From Bacteroidota bacterium (GTDB taxonomy: Bacteria > Bacteroidota > Ignavibacteria > Kapaibacteriales > UBA961), in assembly GCA_964204605.1 (NCBI GenBank), contig OZ123195.1, forward strand, positions 280,076 to 344,075: a DNA stretch of 64,000 nt. The letters run 5' to 3'. The translations under genes and the position numbers were made by a program. Below, piece after piece: positions 32,601 to 40,706 of this stretch. Within the stretch, counting starts at the first letter, position 1. Each line of letters opens with the position of its first letter. Below the pieces are notes generated by a model, which did not search any database, was not told where the DNA came from, and saw only the letters and a program-made list of their open reading frames with translations.

Positions 32601-32697
32601 GAGATAAAAACAATCCCTTATAAACAGTGCCTTTAAAGCCCATTTGTAGAGTCTCCGCATGAAAATGATAAATACTAAGAATAATGCTACTCTTCAA
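26662..32697 (-). CDS. Giant (2011 aa) secreted FG-GAP-repeat protein with SprB-like repeats and a T9SS C-terminal sorting domain
   Basis: Signal peptide. More than 20 tandem FG-GAP units (GDINGDGYDD / GDVNNDGNADFIIGAP). Two G[GT]xPPYxYxW SprB-type repeats near the C-terminus. Terminal FVIYPNPASDIITLSL...GIYYVRLKS...ISLK matches the T9SS type-A sorting domain (TIGR04183-like). Confidence 0.8.
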   Translation of the reverse strand: MKSSIILSIYHFHAETLQMGFKGTVYKGLFLSLIIAVSALTFLDIDFCYLMDTVSKKSIVCSQNNHSEFGIESSSYTYTSKNPTQHVAIEFCDYSFSLQSLDKNTWKNTIELQSIHKGAISLKISDNPHVNINDSLMNISNEHFTIEYINSKQGLRQNFIVHSQPMGDSTLTVELKTQSDELKPLLMNNDGIAFIDKHSSEIVITYKDLKVWDANNTLLDASFSLHNNTIALHIDDKQAVYPITIDPLSATPDWSMDGNQFEAFFGYVLTPLGDINGDDIGDFAAGMPKYDIAKTDEGAVFVFLGSVNGPEKQPQIVLSSGQANSEFGFSVAGIGDINKDGYDDIMVGAPRYDNGQLDEGAAFLYLGSSSGIISTPAIMKESNQANARFGYAISSAGKANNDDTLDIAISAPYYDNGSLDEGAVFVYFGGNGSLANTSPWMVESNQIDARMGISISGGMDINGDSKSDLLIGIPFYDNGHINEGCVRVYFSSTNGLSTNAAWQFESNQANAECGTSVTLCSDLNGDGFNDVLIGAPFYSNGEQSEGRAYCFYGTSNGLSTNPAWTNESNQANARYGQSVACAGDVNNDGNADFIIGAPLYDNGQLDEGKAYLYFGNTVSISQNAGWTSEGNQADAQFGTSVSGLGDINFDTKSDFGIGAPYYDDDLREEGQVSIYYGISSSLSSSDKVLETDIPLAQLGASLAPAGDINGDGYDDMIAGSPDYENGEQSEGRIQVYLGSASGFSSTPSWIYESNSMNARMGASVASAGDINGDGYSDILVGAPGYSNGQNAEGKLMIFLGSAQGISSSSPFWQYESNQSAANLGASVASAGDINNDGFSDILVGAPGASNSNGNVGMVMLFSGNPIGPDSILWTSYGPNSGCRFGATIASADINADTYNDIFIGAPSYNSDSDIAPEGGVFCYFGRKTKPSDTVNWRYSISNDNSDLGYAIANIGDVNMDGFTDIAIGAPSFSNGQNNEGVINVFYGNTQGLSLIPSWYTESNTNGSKLGTSLSGYGDFNADGISDMIAGCPGFSSGQNQEGAVFTYYGSQTGLSTGKLFSESDQAGAKLGTSIGICGDINGDGISDICAGAPYYKNGQLQEGAITVSYGKQIFFAISPNQVIEAAQDNEEYGWTVSGRADFNGDGFGDFAVGSPFYDGISADQGRVTIHYGSASGIDIVAKNELIGPNQNGAGFGYAIAANGDLNGDGFADLIVSAPFFDDANSSQQDIGRIYVYYGSKTGLELKAKTVFSGSQAGGKFGFSLCYAGDINLDGYSDIVLGEPGFSSTIENAGKANVMFGSEYGLNTNNYWSKIGPQTGSEFGASVASAGDINGDGINDIIIGAPSYDVNSAQDDQGRVYIHYGIPNGIADSAGWIVSGNQYKALFGANVASAGDINNDGFSDVLIASTLYDKGQTNEGIIQLFLGSAKGASKQSIWTAEGDITALEFGKSAGSIGDINNDGYGDIVVGSGLYSSNANAHRSRLYLGSSNGLSALPVWTYKSSGIQETAGACIAPIADINGDGYPDLAVSTRSYDSGFNPKNGMVAIFYGNGNTGSKGSTLQYKKGTNSPITTSLRVENSSSVDIGASYFPFTGRTFIRPIIEVKPLNQAFNNKNTVTSSTWTDIQGLKDIVQNISALTVNSSYKWRMRFEYKLAEGNTQHFSRWFCNNYNTPGEIDFRTGAACNTKFGYAPDIVLCESSGKEIGNIVSGGLPPYQYSWEPVAGLSSVSIARPLANPAKTTTYICTVIDGSFCVVKDTINVIVNPALSTELPDSFIICEGDSIQLPLIIKGGTPPYKYKWTPSSGGLSSLIEQVPIARPNATTLFKIEIKDALQCTIYDSITVKVNKRPYQPIIDKINDSTLTCITDAITYQWYKDSVLIQGATSRTLTYTQRNGTGNYVVEIGDINSCKNQSFGFRVATSLQDWTTKKSFVIYPNPASDIITLSLQHYTSVQGILSITSVLGQNMISIPFATNDNGIYKHQLNLSSLPTGIYYVRLKSGNLEWTEVISLK

Positions 32698-32709
32698 TGC
32701 AAAATTACC

Positions 32710-33342
32710 TTATTTCAAGATAATACCTGTCTCTATACTCCAAAATAATAAGTCCATCTCTTCCATTTGAATATGAATCTGTGAACAATAAAGCAACCAT
32801 AATTGTTCGATGTGAACATAATGCTTCGAACTTTTAATAATTGTTCCTTGCTCAATCACATTACATTCTGCTAGATGCTTAAGGATATGTCTATCTAATA
32901 TTGTTGGACCAAATATTCCGATATTTCTCATAAAATGAGCAGATTCTTTTAATCCAAAACCTTTAATACGTGAACATAACATGTCTCGTAAGTCAAATGG
33001 AAAGTCTTTATAAGTATCAATTATTGACTCTATTTCAGAAAAGTGATTTCTAAGTGACTGTAAATTCTTGCTTTTCTGATTATGAAATCGAATATAATGC
33101 TCAGGATTTCCTAAAATTGATACTGTATTACATCCAGTAAGAAAAAAATCTTCTTTTTTTAGAATTGAACACACAATATCAGCATGAATTGCTTTGGATT
33201 GAGGTGTTAAAATGCAATAACATGCTTCATAAAACCATTCGCTTTTTTCAATCTTTTTAAAATCAGATAATCTCTTTTGTATTGCAGATAATCGCTCTGA
33301 ATATAACTGCTTATAATATGCAGGAAATTCCATGTTGTTCAT
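32710..33342 (-). CDS. Ogg2/AGOG-type 8-oxoguanine DNA glycosylase/AP lyase (archaeal-type HhH-GPD N-glycosylase)
   Basis: IKGFGLKESAHFMRNIGIFGPTILDRHIL matches the Ogg2 helix-hairpin-helix plus catalytic Lys/Asp block (GxGxKE(A/S)SHFLRN(V/I)G...ILDRHIL). Confidence 0.65.
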   Translation of the reverse strand: MNNMEFPAYYKQLYSERLSAIQKRLSDFKKIEKSEWFYEACYCILTPQSKAIHADIVCSILKKEDFFLTGCNTVSILGNPEHYIRFHNQKSKNLQSLRNHFSEIESIIDTYKDFPFDLRDMLCSRIKGFGLKESAHFMRNIGIFGPTILDRHILKHLAECNVIEQGTIIKSSKHYVHIEQLWLLYCSQIHIQMEEMDLLFWSIETGIILK

Positions 33343-33457
33343 ATCGATAAAACACTATTAATATTGTGTGTAAGCTATCATTTCTGTTTTGATTCGTAAT
33401 TTGCATGAAACATATTTCATAAGCTAAAGAAACATTACTATTTGGATTATTTTTATT

Positions 33458-36280
33458 ATGTCAACAGCAATTTTTATTGATTCTATGGGTATTGTTTTTA
33501 GGGCTTATCATGCCATGTCTAAAAGTGGCTTTAAAGCTCCAAATGGTGAACCCACAGGTGCTGTATTCGGTTTTATTAATATTATTACTGCTTTATTAGA
33601 AAAAGAAAATCCTACATATATAGCTGCTGTTTTTGATACATCTGCGCCTACTTTTAGGCATGAAAAATATGAATTATACAAGGCCAATCGACAAGAATTC
33701 CCAGAAGAATTAATTCCTCAAATGCCAAGAATCAAAGAATTTTTACAAGCGATTGGCATCCCAATTTTAGAATTGCCTGGATTTGAAGCTGATGATATTA
33801 TTGGAACACTTGCTCATCATGCATCACAAAAAGGTTATGAAGTACGATGTTTAACATCTGACAAAGACTATTTTCAATTGGTAAATGATCATGTCAAAAT
33901 AATGCGTCCAGGAAAAGATAGCAGTGAATATGACATTTATGGCAAGCAAGAAGTAAAAGACAAAATGGGTGTCTATCCACATCAAATAATCGATTTCCTT
34001 GCTTTAATTGGGGATGCTTCGGATAATATTCCAGGTGTAAAAGGTATTGGAGAAAAAACTGCGCAACCGCTTATTGAAGCATATGGATCTGTAGAAGGAA
34101 TCTATGAAAATTTACATGCTATCACCCGAGATACTGTCCGTAATAAATTGGCTGATGGTCGTGATTTGGCATTTTTATCCAAAGAACTAGTAACAATTCA
34201 TACAGAAGTTCCTTTACCTACTCATTTAGAAGACTGCAAACCTATCATGGCCGATGCTGTAAAAGTTGATCAATTATTATCATTGCTCAATTTTAATACA
34301 CTGAGAAGAAAATGGGCAATGAAAACCTCCGGTACTGTAAATGCTCATTCAATTGATAGAATGCAAGAACTAGCTCCAGCACTTTTTGATACCGTTAAGA
34401 ATAGGAAGCATGATTATGTATTGGTAAAAGACACATTTTCTTTACAATTAATGATTCATGAAATTAAGAATGCACCTTCTATTTGTTTCGATTTAGAAAC
34501 TACATCTTTAGATACAATGAATTGTTCTATTGTTGGTTTTGCTTTAAGTTCAAAAGTATCAAAAGCATTTTTTGTGCTTACTAAAGATGAAGACATGAAC
34601 AGTGAAAACAATACTTTTTCTGAATCTTTATTTGATGAACCCAAAGATTCTTATAATTATCAGCATATTCATGATCAAACTTCTTTAACAGCAATAGAAG
34701 TTGCCGAAGCATTAAAACCAATATTAGAAGATCCTTCGAAAAAGAAGATTGCGCAAAACGGCAAATTTGACGCTTTAATTTTAAAAAGATATGGTGTGAA
34801 AGTACATCCTTTGTCTTTCGACCCAATGTTAGCAAGTTATGTCTTGAATCCAGACAATCTTCATGGAATGAATGCTTTATCTAAACAATGGTTGGGTTAT
34901 GAATCAATACCAATAACTGCATTGATTGGAGATAAAAAGAATGGATCTATGAGGGATGTAGAACCATTGAAATTAACCGAATATGCTGCAGAAGACGCTG
35001 ATATTACTCTTGAATTAGCCCATAAACTAGAACAAAAATTAGATGAACAAGGCCTTTTAGATTTTGCTATTAATGTAGAATTCCCTTTAAGTGAAGTATT
35101 AGTAGATATGGAATTCAATGGAATTGCAATTGATACAAAAGGATTAGCAGATATTTCTTTACATATCAAAACAGAAGTACAAATCTTAAAAGAGAAGATT
35201 TATCATGAAGCTGGTATTTCTGATTTTAATATTGATTCTCCTAAACAAGTAGGAGAAATTTTATTTGACAAATTACAGCTACCCAAACCTAAAAAGATAA
35301 AAAATGGGTATAGCACTGATGTAAATGTGTTAACTGAATTATCTGAATCATATCCAATTGCTGGCTATATTCTTGAACACCGTCAATTGCAAAAATTACA
35401 AAATACATATGTTGAATCTCTACCACGAATGGTTAATTCCAGAACAGGAAGAATTCATACAACGTTTAATCAAACAATTGCAGGAACTGGAAGATTATCA
35501 TCAGTAGAGCCCAATCTTCAAAATATACCAATTAGATCTGCCTTAGGACGCTCTATCAGAAAAGCATTTGTACCTGCAAAAGGTAATTCTATGTTGTCTG
35601 CAGATTATTCTCAAGTGGAGTTAAGGGTTATGGCTCATGTATCAGGAGATGAAACCCTTATTCATGCTTTTCAACAGGGATTAGATATTCATTCAGCCAC
35701 CGCTGCAGCACTATTTAATATAGCATTGCATGATGTTCAAAGTGATAAAAGAAGAATTGCTAAAACTGTCAATTTTGGCATTATGTATGGGCAGGGAAGT
35801 TTTGGATTAGCAAGACAACTGGGTATTTCTAGGCATGAATCTAAACAGATTATTGAGCAATATTTTGAACGCTATCCAAAAATAAAAGCATATATGGATC
35901 AAACAATTCTGCATGCAAAAACTAAAGGATATGTTGAAACTTTAATGGGAAGAAGACGATATTTCCCTTTAATAGAAAGCAATAATCATAATATTCGCCA
36001 AGGTGCAGAAAGAGCAGCTATTAATATGCCTATTCAAGGTGCTGCTGCAGATATGATGAAATTAGCAATGATTGCAATTCATAAAGAAATGAAAAAACAA
36101 CATTTTTCCTCTTTAATGATGCTGCAAATTCATGATGAATTACTTTTTGATGTTGTACCTGGCGAAGAAGAAGATTTAAAAAATCTGGTAAAACATATTA
36201 TGGAACATGCTATGTCTTTAGGAAATGTACCAATATTAGTAGAAACAGGTTTTGGATCAAATTGGGAAGAGGCTCATTAA
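33458..36280 (+). CDS. polA: DNA polymerase I (5'-3' exonuclease, 3'-5' exonuclease and polymerase domains)
   Basis: 940 aa. N-terminal FEN/5'-nuclease block GEPTGAVFGF...DNIPGVKGIGEKTA. Polymerase motifs RRxAKxxNFGxxYG (RRIAKTVNFGIMYG) and QIHDELLFDV. Confidence 0.92.
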   Translation: MSTAIFIDSMGIVFRAYHAMSKSGFKAPNGEPTGAVFGFINIITALLEKENPTYIAAVFDTSAPTFRHEKYELYKANRQEFPEELIPQMPRIKEFLQAIGIPILELPGFEADDIIGTLAHHASQKGYEVRCLTSDKDYFQLVNDHVKIMRPGKDSSEYDIYGKQEVKDKMGVYPHQIIDFLALIGDASDNIPGVKGIGEKTAQPLIEAYGSVEGIYENLHAITRDTVRNKLADGRDLAFLSKELVTIHTEVPLPTHLEDCKPIMADAVKVDQLLSLLNFNTLRRKWAMKTSGTVNAHSIDRMQELAPALFDTVKNRKHDYVLVKDTFSLQLMIHEIKNAPSICFDLETTSLDTMNCSIVGFALSSKVSKAFFVLTKDEDMNSENNTFSESLFDEPKDSYNYQHIHDQTSLTAIEVAEALKPILEDPSKKKIAQNGKFDALILKRYGVKVHPLSFDPMLASYVLNPDNLHGMNALSKQWLGYESIPITALIGDKKNGSMRDVEPLKLTEYAAEDADITLELAHKLEQKLDEQGLLDFAINVEFPLSEVLVDMEFNGIAIDTKGLADISLHIKTEVQILKEKIYHEAGISDFNIDSPKQVGEILFDKLQLPKPKKIKNGYSTDVNVLTELSESYPIAGYILEHRQLQKLQNTYVESLPRMVNSRTGRIHTTFNQTIAGTGRLSSVEPNLQNIPIRSALGRSIRKAFVPAKGNSMLSADYSQVELRVMAHVSGDETLIHAFQQGLDIHSATAAALFNIALHDVQSDKRRIAKTVNFGIMYGQGSFGLARQLGISRHESKQIIEQYFERYPKIKAYMDQTILHAKTKGYVETLMGRRRYFPLIESNNHNIRQGAERAAINMPIQGAAADMMKLAMIAIHKEMKKQHFSSLMMLQIHDELLFDVVPGEEEDLKNLVKHIMEHAMSLGNVPILVETGFGSNWEEAH

Positions 36281-37146
36281 AGTCTTATTCCATACCAAAC
36301 TACTGTTGGCAAAATTCTGATACAAGGCATAGGAAGTTTTATCATTTGAAGAGTTGTTTTAACCATGTTAGCAAAATCTGAATCTCCTGGCAATGCCTCT
36401 ACATTTAAGTCTAAAGAAAGCCATAATTCATGATTACCTGCCCCTGCTCTATCTATATTTTTCACGCTATGTCCAATCGCTAAAGCTAGATATGGTGTCC
36501 AAGAAGTTTGTAAATCTTTTGACAATAAAGGATGTACATGTATACTTAGCCAATGATATGTACTTGTATAATCATTTAGTAGAGAATTATATGTATCAGC
36601 AGAATATTCCTTTGAGCGATTGAAACTAAATTTTAATCTGAATATGTCTAAAGAAGGATAATATGTTTGCAAAACAGGTAAACCTGCACCGATTATATTG
36701 CCAATCATATCTCCGCGACTAAAACCTAAATATGGTTCTCCTGTAGAAAATCCATCTTGAATTTCTACAATGGTTTGATGCAATAAAGAAATGCCACTAC
36801 CCAATAATTGAGCTTCTTTTGGCTGCATTCCTACGCATGTATACGATTCTTTGATTATTCTTGAATATCCATAAGCAAATGACATATGGCCTGCCTTATC
36901 AGCATACAATGCATCATCTCTTTCCATTGATAGGCTCATTATTGAAAAAGAGGATGGCCTGCTCCAATAATCTTTCTGTTGCTTTGCAAAAGATGCTGAG
37001 AGAATACCAGCATGTGCTAAGGAAACTCCCCAAAAAGCATAATTACTTGATATGCTAGAATCATTATCGAATACTACTTTTGCTTGAAGCCCAGTAGAAG
37101 AGTTATGAATAATCAGACACAAAATTACTATCAATAAAAAATTCAT
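36277..37146 (-). CDS. Hypothetical secreted/outer-membrane protein
   Basis: Signal peptide MNFLLIVILCLIIHNSSTG. Rich in Gly, aromatic and Ser residues, and ends in aromatic residues. No confident family assignment. Confidence 0.35.
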   Translation of the reverse strand: MNFLLIVILCLIIHNSSTGLQAKVVFDNDSSISSNYAFWGVSLAHAGILSASFAKQQKDYWSRPSSFSIMSLSMERDDALYADKAGHMSFAYGYSRIIKESYTCVGMQPKEAQLLGSGISLLHQTIVEIQDGFSTGEPYLGFSRGDMIGNIIGAGLPVLQTYYPSLDIFRLKFSFNRSKEYSADTYNSLLNDYTSTYHWLSIHVHPLLSKDLQTSWTPYLALAIGHSVKNIDRAGAGNHELWLSLDLNVEALPGDSDFANMVKTTLQMIKLPMPCIRILPTVVWYGIRL

Positions 37147-37246
37147 ACTGTATGCTTATGAAGTCTATATAATGTGTACTTATTGAATGCGTATAAAATA
37201 TCATTAATTTGGGAAAAATGACTGCAAACAATATATGACATAGCCA

Positions 37247-38224
37247 ATGATACATGTACAAAATTTAACAAAGGTATTCAAAAGTCATAAAAAAGAACCT
37301 GGAATTAAGGGGTCTATTACTTCATTATTTAAAAGAACATATACTGAATATATAGCTGCTGATTCAATCTCTTTCGACATTCAAGAAGGAGAATTAGTTG
37401 GTATGTTGGGATCTAATGGAGCGGGCAAAACAACTACTCTAAAAATGCTTTCAGGATTATTGCATCCAACCCGTGGACATGCAGAAGTGATGGGTTATGT
37501 TCCGTGGAAAAGGGATAATGAATTTAGAAGAAATTTCTCTTTGGTTATGGGACAAAGAAGTCAACTTTGGTGGGATTTACCAGCAGCAGATTCTTATTTG
37601 CTTAATAAAGAAATGTATTCTATTGCTAATTTTGATTATGCTAGTCGATTGAAGTATTTATCCGAAACATTAGGAATAGCCGATAAATTAACAGTTCAAG
37701 TAAGAAAATTATCCTTAGGCGAAAGGATGAAATGCGAACTTATCGGAGCGCTGCTCCATTTTCCAAAAGTTGTATATCTGGATGAACCAACTATTGGATT
37801 AGATATAGTAGCACAGCATGCATTAAGAGAATTTATTTCAGATTTTAATAAAAATAATGCCACGACTATTATTCTAACTAGCCATTATATGGATGATATA
37901 AAGGCACTTTGTAAAAGGGTATTACTTATTGATCAGGGTAAGCTAATATATGATGGTGAATTAAGTGGTCTTACTGATTCTTTTTCTGCAACTAAGATAC
38001 TGCACATAACTTTTGAAGAAAATGTTGAGTATCAACAGTTAATGATATTAGGAACAATTATAGAACATAAAGATGATTATGCTACAATACAAGTTGCAAA
38101 AGAAGATTTATCTGCATGCGCTACACATATTTTTACAAATTTTCAGGTTAGAGATATCACAATTGAAGATATTCCTGTTGACGAAATTATTAGGATGATT
38201 TTTTCAGGCAAAACAGGAATCTAA
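37247..38224 (+). CDS. ABC transporter ATP-binding protein (ABC-2/CcmA-like with C-terminal extension). No permease gene adjacent.
   Basis: Walker A GSNGAGKTT, signature LSLGERMK, Walker B VVYLDEPTIGLD. About 100-aa C-terminal extension. Confidence 0.85.
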   Translation: MIHVQNLTKVFKSHKKEPGIKGSITSLFKRTYTEYIAADSISFDIQEGELVGMLGSNGAGKTTTLKMLSGLLHPTRGHAEVMGYVPWKRDNEFRRNFSLVMGQRSQLWWDLPAADSYLLNKEMYSIANFDYASRLKYLSETLGIADKLTVQVRKLSLGERMKCELIGALLHFPKVVYLDEPTIGLDIVAQHALREFISDFNKNNATTIILTSHYMDDIKALCKRVLLIDQGKLIYDGELSGLTDSFSATKILHITFEENVEYQQLMILGTIIEHKDDYATIQVAKEDLSACATHIFTNFQVRDITIEDIPVDEIIRMIFSGKTGI

Positions 38225-38356
38225 TTATATGTGAGTATTATCTGCTCTTGAAAAAATAGGTTGGCTATGGCCTTCTCTTTGGCTATTTTACGCAACAATT
38301 TCTTCTCTGACTTATTTATCTTTTTTTGAAATCATAATATCTATTGGACTATATTT

Positions 38357-40687
38357 ATGCTTCTTAAAACAAGGCTATTTATGAAATATTTTGTATCTAT
38401 ATTATTATGTGTTTTTACTATCAATCTAGCTTTGGGGCAAGGTGCAAACAAAAGGCTTGTATTAATCGAGGAATTTACCAGTGCAACATGCGGTCCATGT
38501 GTAGATGCTGATAAAGTACTTAAAACCGTAGCTAATATTGATAGTGGTATTATAGCACTTAAATATCATTTGAATGTGCCATCACCTGGTGACCCATTTT
38601 ACAAAGCTAATCCGGCCCATAATGATAAGAGAGGGTCTTTATATTCAGTGCCTGCATTACCAGCAGCCAGAGTGAATGGTTATCGAAATGTAGACCCACG
38701 AGATGGAGCTGCAATGATTGCTGCTTCCAAAAATGATCAATCAATTCCTTATCCAATCTCTATGAAAGTTACCAATACTTCTGTTTCTGGTAATGAAATG
38801 AAAGCAATTATCGAGATTGAATCTGATATTGAGATTAATAATTTTATTCTTCATGCTGCAGTGTATGCAGAGGATGTAAAGCTGCCAGATTTACCCAAAA
38901 CATTAGCAAATTCTAATGGACAATCTGAATTTTCTTCTGCATTGTTATTGCTTTTGCCAAATGAAAATGGAACTGTTTGGAATAGCATAGCAAAAGAAAA
39001 GAAAAGTGTAGAACTTATGTATACAAAAGGCACAAGTGAAGTGTGGCAAGGCAATTCACACATTATTGCTTTTCTTCAAAATGCGAGTACTTTAGAAATC
39101 GTTCAAGCTGCAATAAGCTTGCCTAAACAGCCTGGGACAATGGTTTCTACTGGTATTACATATCCTCCAACAATAGCTCCTACTTTTTCTGTGATAGATC
39201 CAGATCAAAGTGTAGAAGTTAAAGCTGTTATTTCTAATTTATCGGCTTCAACTATTAATTATTCTAATCTTCAAATAGTTAAAAGTGCAAGAACGCCAGC
39301 AGATTGGATATTATCTGTTAATGGGGCAAGCCCTAGTTTTACTTTATTGGCCGGCCAGACAAAAGAATTTACTGTAAAATTACAAAGAACTGCAACTACA
39401 GGTATTGGCGAAGCTGTTCTGACTTTTGGCGAAGCTGGAAATAGCAAAACCTATGTTTCTACACCAATTACTATTGTTTCCAAAGAATCTGAAGCTTTCT
39501 TAATCCAAGACAATAATAGCGGTTCTTCGGCACCATTCGAACAGGCAATTTCTAAGGTAGGTGTCAAAAAGTTTATTCCTCTATCAACAAAAGAGTTCAT
39601 ACAAAACTTTACTCGTTTTACATCTTTAAAAAGGGTGTTATGGCATTGTGCTGATAGCGGCAAGATTGATAGGTCTGAGTCAGATTTTATCCTTGGATTG
39701 ATGAATCGTGGTATTTCTTTTTTAATTAGTGGACATCTTCTTACAAATAATATGTTTTTTGATGGTGTTGCTTTATTAGATACAATCGGAGTTTCTTATG
39801 CTGGATTTCAGCTTAAGAATACTGATTTTACCATTACTGGTATGAATGCTGATACTATAAGCGATGGATTTAAAGAGGATTGCATTAAAAGAAATTATGC
39901 CTTATTCCCCATGAAGTTTAATACGAAAACAGCTTTTGGAACTATACCTTTATTACGATATGGAAATGGGCCAGCAGATACATTGGTTGGCGTAAGAACC
40001 CAAAAAATGAGAAATAGAATTGTTTACTTTGGATTTAATCCCTTAGTTATCCAAAATGAAATAAGCAGAAATGCACTTGTCAATAAATCTCTTACCTGGA
40101 TTGAAAATTTTACATATACTCCCCAAGCGAGTGTAAAAGCTAGCGCAACTTCTTTGTCTTTTGGTACTTTAACAACAGTTAATACAAAAACTAGTTCTTT
40201 AAGTGTAAAGAATATTGGGGATGCATCATGCACTATTGAATCAGCAGAGATTAGCGGAAATGATAAATCTGATTTTTCTGTAATATCAAAGAAAATACCT
40301 TTAAATGCTGGTGATTCTACAATTATATCTGTTGATTTTGCTCCTAAAATCGCTGGAGACAAATCTGCTACACTTACTATTACATTTAGTAAAGGGTTGA
40401 ATCCAATAGTAGTTTCTTTGTCCGGTAATTTTATACCTAGTTCTATTCATGAAATGTATGAACAACTAGGAATTAAACTTAGTGTGATTGGAAATTCAAT
40501 TGAAATAGCGAATCAAAATCAACGTATCTATAAAGTTGTACTATCTGATATTCATGGCAATGCAATACACACATTAGATTGTCCTCAGGGCAATTTATTG
40601 ATTAACAATATAGTGAATGGATTTTATGTGGTTTCTATTATGAACTCAGATACTATCTATTCTATACCATTAATTATTACTTATTAA
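38357..40687 (+). CDS. Secreted 776-aa protein with N-terminal thioredoxin-like CGPC motif, Ig-like (ASH/choice-of-anchor-D-like) domain and a T9SS-type C-terminal tail
   Basis: Signal peptide. LVLIEEFTSATCGPCV parallels thioredoxin VLVDFWAEWCGPCK. The segment SLSFGTLTTVNTKTSSLSVKNIGDASCTIESAEISGN...STIISVDFAPKIAGDKSATLTITF resembles ASH / choice-of-anchor-D. The beta-rich C-terminus ...FYVVSIMNSDTIYSIPLIITY looks like a T9SS tail. Confidence 0.5.
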   Translation: MLLKTRLFMKYFVSILLCVFTINLALGQGANKRLVLIEEFTSATCGPCVDADKVLKTVANIDSGIIALKYHLNVPSPGDPFYKANPAHNDKRGSLYSVPALPAARVNGYRNVDPRDGAAMIAASKNDQSIPYPISMKVTNTSVSGNEMKAIIEIESDIEINNFILHAAVYAEDVKLPDLPKTLANSNGQSEFSSALLLLLPNENGTVWNSIAKEKKSVELMYTKGTSEVWQGNSHIIAFLQNASTLEIVQAAISLPKQPGTMVSTGITYPPTIAPTFSVIDPDQSVEVKAVISNLSASTINYSNLQIVKSARTPADWILSVNGASPSFTLLAGQTKEFTVKLQRTATTGIGEAVLTFGEAGNSKTYVSTPITIVSKESEAFLIQDNNSGSSAPFEQAISKVGVKKFIPLSTKEFIQNFTRFTSLKRVLWHCADSGKIDRSESDFILGLMNRGISFLISGHLLTNNMFFDGVALLDTIGVSYAGFQLKNTDFTITGMNADTISDGFKEDCIKRNYALFPMKFNTKTAFGTIPLLRYGNGPADTLVGVRTQKMRNRIVYFGFNPLVIQNEISRNALVNKSLTWIENFTYTPQASVKASATSLSFGTLTTVNTKTSSLSVKNIGDASCTIESAEISGNDKSDFSVISKKIPLNAGDSTIISVDFAPKIAGDKSATLTITFSKGLNPIVVSLSGNFIPSSIHEMYEQLGIKLSVIGNSIEIANQNQRIYKVVLSDIHGNAIHTLDCPQGNLLINNIVNGFYVVSIMNSDTIYSIPLIITY

Positions 40688-40706
40688 ATAGTTCTGGATT
40701 ATACCA

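Noticed and set aside
36277-37146. Assignment of the 289-aa secreted protein to a specific family (DUF2279/PagL-like)
   Set aside because: Only a vague compositional resemblance was found, with no specific motif recalled confidently. It is left as hypothetical.
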